Shown: positions 7,252 through 14,261 of the stretch, one piece after another | Layout: each line of letters starts with the position of its first letter | How positions within the stretch are numbered: position 1 is the stretch's first letter | UHGV virus genome: UHGV-0074784 | Source: a virus | Direction: 5' to 3' (one strand) | Length of the DNA: 14,261 nucleotides | Position numbers and translations under genes: made by a program | The notes under the pieces: generated by a model | Database searches by the model: none | What the model saw: the letters and a program-made list of their open reading frames with translations, nothing else | What the model was told of the DNA's origin: nothing

Positions 7252-7384
7252 TACACCTGTACCGTTTATACCCAACCCACTGACGTATGGTGCAAGTCTT
7301 GATTTGAATGTAAGTTTGTTATCCGCGTTGGCTCAATGTAATAGGGATAAGTCTGATATCAGAATCATTGATAATCAAAATTGA
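7136..7384 (+). CDS. o-spanin (Rz1-like outer-membrane lipoprotein), overlapped architecture
   Basis: +1 frame relative to Rz; MMIVLHVLCLLPLLTGC supplies a signal peptide with lipobox LTGC. Mature part is proline-rich (PKTPLPVSLTSDTPVPFIPNP). Extends 133 bp beyond the Rz stop. Confidence 0.7.
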   Translation: MMIVLHVLCLLPLLTGCGSTRTVYVSIPKTPLPVSLTSDTPVPFIPNPLTYGASLDLNVSLLSALAQCNRDKSDIRIIDNQN

Positions 7385-7465
7385 TGTATATTTTTATCGT
7401 CATGTAGATAACGAACAAGGTATTCCTCTGATACGTTTCGTTGAATACAGGTCATGGGTAGGCAT

Positions 7466-7497
7466 TGCAATATCGCTTCGAAATTATCTGTGATAAT
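7466..7497 (+). promoter_or_regulatory. Possible sigma70 promoter for moron B (extended -10 TGTGATAAT; -35-like TTGCAA at non-optimal spacing)
   Basis: TGnGATAAT at 7489-7497 in the AT-rich intergenic region about 90 bp upstream of the ATG at 7588; TTGCAA at 7466-7471 gives a 20-bp spacer. Sequence-only prediction. Confidence 0.25.
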
Positions 7498-7587
7498 GCT
7501 CTTAATTTTGAATGTATGTATTTGGGAAAAGAGATAAAGTAATAGTCTAATTAATGGAGATATCCACAAAACACAAGAGGGACTATT

Positions 7588-8094
7588 ATGCGACCAGATC
7601 AATTTTTCTATCCAGATACTTTTACCTTTAATTCATCCACCTATTATGGTCAACGTGACTCATCTAAAGGTCGATTGTATATTCTTATTGAAAGTGACTT
7701 ATGTCCATTTAATATCGGCGATATCATTGTGCAAAAAATGGTCGACAGGGAAAGACTATTTGAAGTGCTTGATTACGAGGTACAAATTAGTCTCGAGGCT
7801 GGTTGCCCTGGCTACTCACATTTGGCGGTATTGATAGTGAAGGCATTGGATGTAAAAGAGAAGCCGAAGCAGATTACGACCCATTTGACGTTTAACGGTG
7901 CTATTAATGCTGGTGGTGATTTTCAAGCCGGTAATGACAATTCGATCACAAAGAATATAACCATTCAACAACTACATGATGCTATAGAGCATTGCAATGA
8001 TCCAGAGGTTAAAAGCCTTTGGCAAAAGCTATTGGAAAATCCGACGTTTGCTTCAATTGCTTCAATATTGGCAAAAAGTGCTTTAGGACAGTAA
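7588..8094 (+). CDS. Hypothetical AT-rich cargo (moron) protein, 168 aa, unknown function
   Basis: ORF with good RBS (AAGAGGGA, 7571-7578) in an AT-rich island (~35% GC in a sampled line) between the spanins and the HNH/terminase genes. Followed by an intrinsic terminator. Soluble, no TM segment or signal peptide, no recognisable catalytic motif. Confidence 0.55.
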   Translation: MRPDQFFYPDTFTFNSSTYYGQRDSSKGRLYILIESDLCPFNIGDIIVQKMVDRERLFEVLDYEVQISLEAGCPGYSHLAVLIVKALDVKEKPKQITTHLTFNGAINAGGDFQAGNDNSITKNITIQQLHDAIEHCNDPEVKSLWQKLLENPTFASIASILAKSALGQ

Positions 8095-8103
8095 TTCATC
8101 AAG

Positions 8104-8127
8104 CCCCATTCAATATGGGGTTTTTAT
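8104..8127 (+). terminator. Rho-independent terminator downstream of moron B
   Basis: CCCCAT-TCAAT-ATGGGG: 6-bp stem (8104-8109 / 8115-8120) followed by TTTTTAT. Confidence 0.75.
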
Positions 8128-8151
8128 GCTTATTACAAAGAGTTTTCTTCA

Positions 8152-8502
8152 ATGCCACCACGAACTCCAAAAGCCTGCCGTGTTCGCGGGTGCCGCCGTA
8201 CCACCACTGACCCGTCAGGTTATTGCGAAAGCCACAAAAGCGAAGGCTGGAAGCAATACAAGCCAGGACAATCCCGTCATCAGCGCGGCTACGGTTCGAA
8301 GTGGGACGTTATCCGCGCGCGTGTGCTGAAACGTGACAAAGGTTTATGTCAGTTATGTCTGCGCGCTGGTGTGGTGCGTGAGGCGAAAACTGTTGACCAC
8401 ATCATCCCTAAAGCGCATGGCGGCACTGATGCCGACTGTAATCTGCAGAGTCTGTGCTGGCCGTGTCATAAGGCGAAGACGGCCCGTGAACGGATTAAGT
8501 AA
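8152..8502 (+). CDS. Phage-associated HNH endonuclease (terminase-associated type)
   Basis: 116 aa with CxxC zinc-finger pairs (CRVRGC...C, CQLC, CWPCH) and the HNH catalytic region DHIIPKAHGG...N. Located immediately upstream of the small terminase, as in HK97-like cos packaging modules. Confidence 0.85.
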   Translation: MPPRTPKACRVRGCRRTTTDPSGYCESHKSEGWKQYKPGQSRHQRGYGSKWDVIRARVLKRDKGLCQLCLRAGVVREAKTVDHIIPKAHGGTDADCNLQSLCWPCHKAKTARERIK

Positions 8503-8520
8503 GAACCAGTTCCCACTGCC

Positions 8521-8590
8521 AGAGGGGAGGGGCGGGTCAAATCCCTGTGACCTGACGTCTTCCGGACTGCCCGCCCCATCGTTTTTTTAT
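8521..8590 (+). other. G/C-rich inverted repeat (GGGGCGGG ... CCCGCCCC) followed by a T7 run, between HNH and terS; candidate cos region and/or terminator
   Basis: 8-bp perfect inverted repeat at 8529-8536 and 8570-8577, then ATCGTTTTTTTAT. In HNH-dependent cos phages the cohesive-end site lies between the HNH and terS genes. Confidence 0.35.
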
Positions 8591-8627
8591 ACCCGCGAAA
8601 AATGAAATTTAACCAGGAGTGCCGCAT

Positions 8628-9122
8628 ATGGCTGGAACGGCGGGGCGTTCCGGGCGTCGCCCCAAGCCAACGGCGCGCAAGGCGCTGGCCGGAAACCCCG
8701 GCAAGCGAGCCCTGAATAAAGATGAACCTGTTTTTACGCCCATCAAAGGTGTTGAGCCACCGGAGTGGTTCGCAGAAGAAAATCTCCCTCTCGCCACGAT
8801 CATGTGGCAACTGACAACCAAAGAACTCTGCGGTCAGGGCCTGTTGTGCGTGACTGACCTCGCGGTGCTTGAGCGGTGGTGCGTGGCCTATGAGTTCTGG
8901 CGACGTGCCGTGAAAAATATTGCCATACAGGGCAACACCATCACCGGTGCAATGGGCGGCAGGGTCAAAAATCCGGAGCTGACCGCCAAAAAAGAACAGG
9001 AGTCCGAGATGAGCAGCACGGGGGCAATGCTCGGACTCGACCCCAGCAGCCGCCAGCGTCTGATTGGCCTGGCGGGGCAGAAGAAAGCCACTAACCCGTT
9101 TCTGAAAATCATCGAGTCATGA
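8628..9122 (+). CDS. Terminase small subunit (P27-family type)
   Basis: About 165 aa with a basic N-terminus ([25 protein letters not shown]), typical of P27-family small terminases. RBS AGGAG at 8615-8619. Directly precedes the large terminase with ATGA overlap. Confidence 0.8.
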   Translation: MAGTAGRSGRRPKPTARKALAGNPGKRALNKDEPVFTPIKGVEPPEWFAEENLPLATIMWQLTTKELCGQGLLCVTDLAVLERWCVAYEFWRRAVKNIAIQGNTITGAMGGRVKNPELTAKKEQESEMSSTGAMLGLDPSSRQRLIGLAGQKKATNPFLKIIES

Positions 9123-9925
9123 GCCGGAAATCTTACCCCAACGTAAATGCTGCCAATCAGTATGCCCGTGATGTTGTGCGCGGAAAGATTGTGGCCTGCC
9201 AGTTTGTGATTCAGGCCTGCCAGCGCCATCTTGATGACCTGATGGCGGAAAAAAGTAAGTCGTTTCGTTACCGCTTCGACAAGGACCTGGCTGAACGGGC
9301 TGCCAAATTTATTCAGCTGTTGCCGCACACCAAGGGGGAGTGGGCATTCAAGAGGATGCCCATCACGCTGGAGCCGTGGCAGCTCTTTGTGATCTGCTGT
9401 GCGTTTGGCTGGGTCAATAAAGGCTCCCGGCTGCGCCGCTTCCGGGAGGTGTATACCGAAATCCCCCGTAAGAACGGCAAATCGGCAATCTCTGCCGGTG
9501 TTGCCCTGTATTGTTTTGCCTGTGATAACGAGTTTGGCGCGGAAGTGTATTCCGGTGCCACGACAGAGAAACAGGCGTGGGAAGTCTTTCGCCCGGCGCG
9601 ACTGATGTGTAAACGCACACCCATGCTGACGGAAGCGTTCGGGATTGAGGTTAACGCCTCAAACATGAACCGTCCGGAGGATGGCGCGCGGTTTGAACCG
9701 CTGATCGGTAACCCCGGTGATGGTTCATCACCCCACTGTGCCGTGGTGGATGAATATCACGAGCACGCCACCGATGCGCTTTATACCACGATGCTTACCG
9801 GGATGGGCGCGCGACGTCAGCCACTGATGTGGGCCATCACCACCGCCGGGTACAACATTGAGGGGCCGTGCTACGACAAGCGGCGGGAAGTTATCGAGAT
9901 GCTCAACGGTTCGGTATGTTTCTGA
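9119..9925 (+). pseudogene. Terminase large subunit, N-terminal ATPase domain only (C-terminal nuclease domain missing)
   Basis: Walker A-like EIPRKNGKS and Walker B-like AVVDEYHE are present, but the ORF stops after 268 aa (...EMLNGSVCF). Intact large terminases of this type are roughly twice as long. Downstream sequence switches to tail-gene coding. Confidence 0.75.
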
Positions 9926-9929
9926 TGCG

Positions 9930-10715
9930 ATGAAAGTGGTGGATTCTGCCGTATCGGATGCCGCCAGGCTGTTGCAGGGGGATATCTCGGTACTTCTGCC
10001 GCCGCCATCGTCAGGCAAAAATTTCGTTGAGCAGGTGCAGAAAATGTGGCGTACCGGGAAACGCCTTTATGGTAACGCCAGCGACCTGGTCACCATGATC
10101 AAAACGCTTTCCGGTGTCAGCCTCGGCAGCGATCTGCAACCGCGCGGCGTCTGGAAAACGGACAGTAAAACCACCGCCACGGCGACGCAGCAGCGTAACG
10201 TGGTTGCCAGCACCCTTCGTACGACCGCAATCAGCGAAGCGGCGTATGCCGTCACCCGATTGCCTGCGCCAACAACTTCCGCGGTGATGCAGAATTCCGC
10301 AGTGGGGCAGGCAACAACACCCGCGCAGAGCACTGGCTGGCCTTCCATCACGCATCCGGCACTGAACAATGCACCGGCGGTGAAAAACACGGTTGACCTG
10401 CCGACGTGGGAAGAACTGACTGACATTCGCGACACACTGAATACGGCAATTGATAAGGAGTTGTCCCGTACAACCAGCGATGCGCTGTTTCTGGCGCTGC
10501 GCCGGGTGAAAGCAGATCTGAATGCGGATATCAACACGCGCCTTGAACAGTCTGCACGGATCATTCAGCGCACACCGGATGAGGTTTTACCCGCGCTGGT
10601 GCTGGCGGCGACCTGGTTTGATAACGCGGCGCGTGACGCGGACATTATCCGGCGTAATGCCATTACGCATCCCGGCTTTGTGCCGGTGATCCCTCTGAAG
10701 GTGCCAGTGCAATGA
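9930..10715 (+). pseudogene. Mu gp43/N-like tail (DNA circularisation) protein, probable C-terminal fragment left by a deletion
   Basis: ORF in a different frame from the terminase. Its stop overlaps the start of the gp44-like gene, as in intact Mu-like tail modules. The 5' part of the ORF-track frame (9858-9929) overlaps terminase coding and is probably not native. Assignment is by position and composition; weak. Confidence 0.4.
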
Positions 10716-11791
10716 ACGACAATGTCACGCTACGGGTAAATGGCCGGGAGTGGAATGGCTGGACATCGGTGCGCATCGGTGCCGGTATTGAACGGCTGGC
10801 GCGGGATTTCAGTGTGGAGATCACCCGCCAGTGGCCGGGAGATGAGGGTATCACCACGCTTCAGCCGCGCATTAAAAACGGTTCAAAAGTGGAGGTGCTG
10901 ATTGGTGATGAGCTGGTGATCACCGGCTGGGTGGAGGCGACGCCCGTTCGTTACGATGCCCGTTCGGTCAGCACCGGTATTGCCGGACGCAGTCTGACCG
11001 CTGACCTGATTGACTGTGCAGCCGAACCGACACAGTTTAATGGACGATCGCTGGTACAGATTGCGCAGGCGCTTGCTGCGCCTTTCGGCATTGAGGTGGT
11101 GAACAACGGTGCGCCGTCGGGTGTTATTCCTGATGTCCAGCCTGATCACGGTGAAACGGTGATTGAGGTAATCAACAAAATACTCGGTCAGCAGCAGGCA
11201 CTGGCTTACGACGACCCGCACGGCAGGCTGGTGATTGGCGGTATTGGCTCAACGCGGGCACATACTGCGCTGGTACTCGGGGAAAACATCCTTTCCTGCG
11301 ATACGGAGAAGAGTATCCGGGAGCGGTTTTCTGTTTACCAGGTGGCGGGGCAGCGTGCCGGAAACGACGATGATTTCGGTGAGGCCACCACCACCGCGCT
11401 GCGGGCCCGCACAGAGGACGCATTTATTGCCCGTTACCGTCCGATGTATATCAGGCAGACAGGGCAGGCTACGGGGGCAGGCTGTATTGCCCGTGCGGAC
11501 TTTGAAGCCCGACAACGGGCGGCGCGGACGGATGAAACCACCTATGTGGTGCAGGGCTGGCGACAGGGTAACGGTACGCTGTGGCAGCCCAACCAGCGGG
11601 TGATTGTCTTTGATCCGGTCTGTGGTTTCGACAATACCGAACTGCTTGTTTCGGAAGTCACGTTTACTCAGGACCAGAACGGCACCCTGACGGAAATCCG
11701 TGTCGGCCCACCTGATGCTTATCTGCCTGAACCCGAAGCCCCCAGCGCGCGGAAAAAGAAAAAAGCCAGAGTACAGGAGGACCCGTTCTGA
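10712..11791 (+). CDS. Mu gp44 (P)-like baseplate hub protein
   Basis: 359 aa; size, gene order (before gpV-like, gp46-like and J-like genes) and ATGA coupling match Mu-like baseplate modules. Lysine-rich C-terminus (SARKKKKARVQEDPF). Confidence 0.7.
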   Translation: MNDNVTLRVNGREWNGWTSVRIGAGIERLARDFSVEITRQWPGDEGITTLQPRIKNGSKVEVLIGDELVITGWVEATPVRYDARSVSTGIAGRSLTADLIDCAAEPTQFNGRSLVQIAQALAAPFGIEVVNNGAPSGVIPDVQPDHGETVIEVINKILGQQQALAYDDPHGRLVIGGIGSTRAHTALVLGENILSCDTEKSIRERFSVYQVAGQRAGNDDDFGEATTTALRARTEDAFIARYRPMYIRQTGQATGAGCIARADFEARQRAARTDETTYVVQGWRQGNGTLWQPNQRVIVFDPVCGFDNTELLVSEVTFTQDQNGTLTEIRVGPPDAYLPEPEAPSARKKKKARVQEDPF

Positions 11792-12339
11792 TGAGGACGA
11801 TTGAAGCCATGCAGCGACAACTCCTCGGCCTGATTGGGCGGGCCGTGGTGAAAAGCATCAGTGCCGCCACGAAATGTCAGACCGTGGATGTGTCCCTGAT
11901 TGCCGGTGAACCCAAAGCCGGGGTTGAACATCTTGAACCCTACGGTTTTACCTCAAGGGCAAACAGCGGTGCGGAAGCGGTGGTGTTGTTTCCGGATGGC
12001 GACCGTTCTCATGCGGTGGTTGTTACGGTGTCGGACCGGCGCTACCGCCTGAAAGGGCTGCAGACGGGTGAGGTGGCTGTCTATGACGATCAGGGGCAGT
12101 CCGTGACGCTGACCCGGGAGGGGATCGTGGTGGACGGTGCAGGTAAAACGATCACGTTTCGCAATTCACCTAAAGCGCGTTTTGAAATGGACCTGGAAGT
12201 GACCGGACAGGTGAAAGACCTGTGCGACTCCGGCGGCACCACCATGTCAGCGATGCGGCTTGCCTATAACGGCCATCGTCACAGAGAGAACGGTCAGGGC
12301 AGTAACACCGACAAACCGGATAAAGCGATGGAGGCATGA
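11791..12339 (+). CDS. Baseplate assembly protein V / Mu gp45-like baseplate spike
   Basis: 182 aa; N-terminal region (GLIGRAVVKSI...VDVSLIAGEPKAGVEHLEPYGFTSRANSGAEAVVLFPDGDRSHAVVV) is typical of gpV-like OB-fold spike proteins. Gene order supports the call. Confidence 0.75.
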   Translation: MRTIEAMQRQLLGLIGRAVVKSISAATKCQTVDVSLIAGEPKAGVEHLEPYGFTSRANSGAEAVVLFPDGDRSHAVVVTVSDRRYRLKGLQTGEVAVYDDQGQSVTLTREGIVVDGAGKTITFRNSPKARFEMDLEVTGQVKDLCDSGGTTMSAMRLAYNGHRHRENGQGSNTDKPDKAMEA

Positions 12340-12764
12340 TGGAACTGTGGCTGACGGTGAACGGTAAACGCACCTGCGCCAGCGCACCGCTGGATCCGCT
12401 GACCCGCGCCGTGGTGATTTCCCTGTTCACCTGGCGGCGGGCGGAGCCTGATGATAATGCCGACGTCCCGATGGGATGGTGGGGGGATACCTGGCCTGCG
12501 GTACAGAATGACCGTTACGGCTCCCGACTGTGGCTGCTTCAGCGCAGCAAACTGACCAATCAGCTGGTGCAGACGGTAAGGGGGTATATCCGCGAATGCC
12601 TGCAATGGATGACTGATGACGGCGTGGTGTCCCGTATTGATCTGGATATCCGCCGCACCGGGATTAATGAACTGGGTAACAGTATCACTCTCTGGCGTCG
12701 TGACGGACCGGTAATGATTTCTTTTGATGATCTGTGGAGTGCGATAACGCATGGCGGACAGTGA
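12336..12764 (+). CDS. Mu gp46-like (GP46 family, gp25/W-like) baseplate protein
   Basis: 142 aa small protein between the gpV-like and baseplate-J-like genes, with overlapping start/stop codons. Confidence 0.7.
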   Translation: MMELWLTVNGKRTCASAPLDPLTRAVVISLFTWRRAEPDDNADVPMGWWGDTWPAVQNDRYGSRLWLLQRSKLTNQLVQTVRGYIRECLQWMTDDGVVSRIDLDIRRTGINELGNSITLWRRDGPVMISFDDLWSAITHGGQ

Positions 12765-13809
12765 ATTTCAGCGCCCGACGCTGGCAGAAAATATCAGTAT
12801 GCTCCGTAACGATTTATTCGCCAGGCTGGACGTCAGCGACACGCTCCGGCGCATGGATGAAGACGTGCGGGCAAAGGTGTATGCGGCGGCGCTGCATACG
12901 GTTTACGGTTACATCGATTATCTGGCAATGAACATGCTGCCTGACCTGTGCGATGAGTCCTGGCTGGCGCGACATGCTGCGATGAAACGGTGTCCGCGCA
13001 AGGGGGCCACGGCTGCCAGCGGGTATATGCGCTGGGAAGGTGTCAGCGATGGCCTGAAGGTGACTGCCGGGAGTGTTATTCAGCGCGATGACCTGGTTCA
13101 GTACACGGCAACTGCCGATGCAACCAGCTCCGGTGGTGTCCTGCGCGTGCCGATCGCCTGCTCAAGTGCAGGTGCGGTCGGTAACGCTGACGACGGTACG
13201 GCATTAATCCTGGTCACGCCGGTGAATGGTCTGCCGTCTTCCGGTGTGGCTGACACCCTGACAGGCGGATTTGATACTGAAGAGCTGGAAACGTGGCGCG
13301 CCCGCGTCATTGAGCGGTATTACTGGACGCCTCAGGGCGGGGCTGACGGGGACTATGTCGTCTGGGCTAAAGAAGTGCCCGGCATTACCCGCGCATGGAC
13401 ATACCGTCACTGGATGGGAACGGGAACTGTCGGTGTGATGATTGCCAGCAGTGACCTGATTAATCCCATTCCGGAAGAATCAACGGAAACGGCGGCAAGA
13501 CAACATATTGAGCCACTGGCCCCGGTGGCAGGCTCTGATTTGTATGTGTTCAGGCCGGTGGCACATACGGTGGATTTTCATATCCGTGTGACGCCGGACA
13601 CACCGGAAATACGGGCTGCCATCACCGCGGAGTTGCGTTCGTTCCTGCTGCGTGATGGTTATCCGCAGGGAGAACTGAAGGTATCGCGTATCAGTGAGGC
13701 GATTTCCGGTGCGAACGGGGAATACAGCCATCAGTTGCTTGCACCGGCAGACAATATCTCCATTGCAAAAAATGAACTGGCGGTTCTGGGGACGATTTCA
13801 TGGACGTGA
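12751..13809 (+). CDS. Baseplate J-like protein (Mu gp47-like)
   Basis: 352 aa; size, composition and position upstream of the DUF2313 tail protein fit the baseplate J family. Confidence 0.75.
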   Translation: MADSEFQRPTLAENISMLRNDLFARLDVSDTLRRMDEDVRAKVYAAALHTVYGYIDYLAMNMLPDLCDESWLARHAAMKRCPRKGATAASGYMRWEGVSDGLKVTAGSVIQRDDLVQYTATADATSSGGVLRVPIACSSAGAVGNADDGTALILVTPVNGLPSSGVADTLTGGFDTEELETWRARVIERYYWTPQGGADGDYVVWAKEVPGITRAWTYRHWMGTGTVGVMIASSDLINPIPEESTETAARQHIEPLAPVAGSDLYVFRPVAHTVDFHIRVTPDTPEIRAAITAELRSFLLRDGYPQGELKVSRISEAISGANGEYSHQLLAPADNISIAKNELAVLGTISWT

Positions 13810-14261
13810 CAAACGATGATTACATCCGTCTGTTGTCGGCACTGCTGCCGCCCGGTCCGGCGTGGTCAGCCAGCGATCCGGCGATTGCAGGTGCGGCACC
13901 GTCATTAACCCGTGTTCATCAGCGTGCGGATGCCCTGATGCGGGAGCTGGATCCGCGCACCACCACTGAACTGATAAACCGCTGGGAGCGTCTGTGCGGT
14001 CTGCCGGATGAATGTATTCCCGCAGGGACACAGACCCTTCGCCAGCGTCAGCAACGGCTGGATGCGAAGGTTAATCTGGCGGGCGGCATCAATGAGGATT
14101 TTTATCTTGCACAGCTTGCTGCCCTGGGCAGACCAGACGCCACTATCACGCGATACGATAAAAGCACGTTCACCTGCTCATCGGCCTGTACTGACGCAGT
14201 GAATGCGCCGGAATGGCGGTATTACTGGCAGGGTCGAGCAGCACGCCACCCCATCCAGATC
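13800..14261 (+). CDS. Phage tail protein, DUF2313 / YmfQ-like (Mu gp48-like); 3' end outside window
   Basis: ATG at 13800 overlaps the baseplate J stop. N-terminus [25 protein letters not shown] matches the LLPPGPAW signature of YmfQ-like proteins as I recall it. Frame remains open to the window end. Confidence 0.7.
   Translation, partial: MDVTNDDYIRLLSALLPPGPAWSASDPAIAGAAPSLTRVHQRADALMRELDPRTTTELINRWERLCGLPDECIPAGTQTLRQRQQRLDAKVNLAGGINEDFYLAQLAALGRPDATITRYDKSTFTCSSACTDAVNAPEWRYYWQGRAARHPIQI

Noticed and set aside
7646-7834. 62-aa alternative-frame ORF inside moron B
   Set aside because: Nested in the longer 168-aa ORF, which has the better RBS; no independent support.
8466-8810. 114-aa minus-strand ORF spanning the HNH-terS intergenic region and terS start
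   Set aside because: It overlaps the well-supported small terminase gene on the opposite strand and the GC-rich inverted repeat; likely spurious.
10067-10564. 165-aa minus-strand ORF (with neighbours at 10011-10355 and 9728-10018)
   Set aside because: These are antisense shadows of high-GC + strand tail/terminase coding sequence; they have no RBS context, and the + strand genes form a coupled operon.
11235-11603. 122-aa + strand ORF in an alternative frame inside the gp44-like gene
   Set aside because: Arg/Pro-rich translation typical of an off-frame read of GC-rich coding DNA, fully nested in the longer baseplate hub ORF.
12294-12752. 152-aa minus-strand ORF opposite the gp46-like gene
   Set aside because: Antisense shadow ORF in a GC-rich coding region; the + strand gene fits the conserved baseplate gene order.
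1-14261. LexA (SOS) boxes of the CTGT-N8-ACAG type that the LexA-like protein might bind
   Set aside because: A scan by eye of CTGT occurrences found no partner ACAG at the correct spacing; a proper motif scan is needed, so no site is claimed.

Overview
This window reads as the right-hand half of a lambdoid-type prophage from an enteric bacterium, with every supported gene on the + strand. The order is: a replication gene with a DnaT-like C-terminus, a nin-like region (PerC-like regulator, LexA DNA-binding-domain-only protein, RusA, KilA-N protein, DUF968 protein), a putative antiterminator Q, a lysis cassette (two holin-like proteins, GH19 endolysin, overlapped Rz/Rz1 spanins), then HNH endonuclease, small terminase and a truncated large terminase that abuts a Mu-like baseplate module (gp43-like fragment, gp44, gp45, gp46, gp47/J, DUF2313 tail protein). 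Head, portal, sheath, tube and tape-measure genes are absent, so the element looks defective, resembling the e14 type. Two AT-rich single-gene cassettes, each ending in its own intrinsic terminator, interrupt the otherwise ~50-55% GC sequence at classic cargo positions: Q-to-holin (4715-5500) and spanin-to-HNH (7588-8094). These are the best candidates for an undescribed accessory or anti-phage function; the first carries an R-N-x3-H motif of the kind found in HEPN RNases. All calls rest on reading the ORF translations and sequence by eye and on remembered family features; no database search was run.
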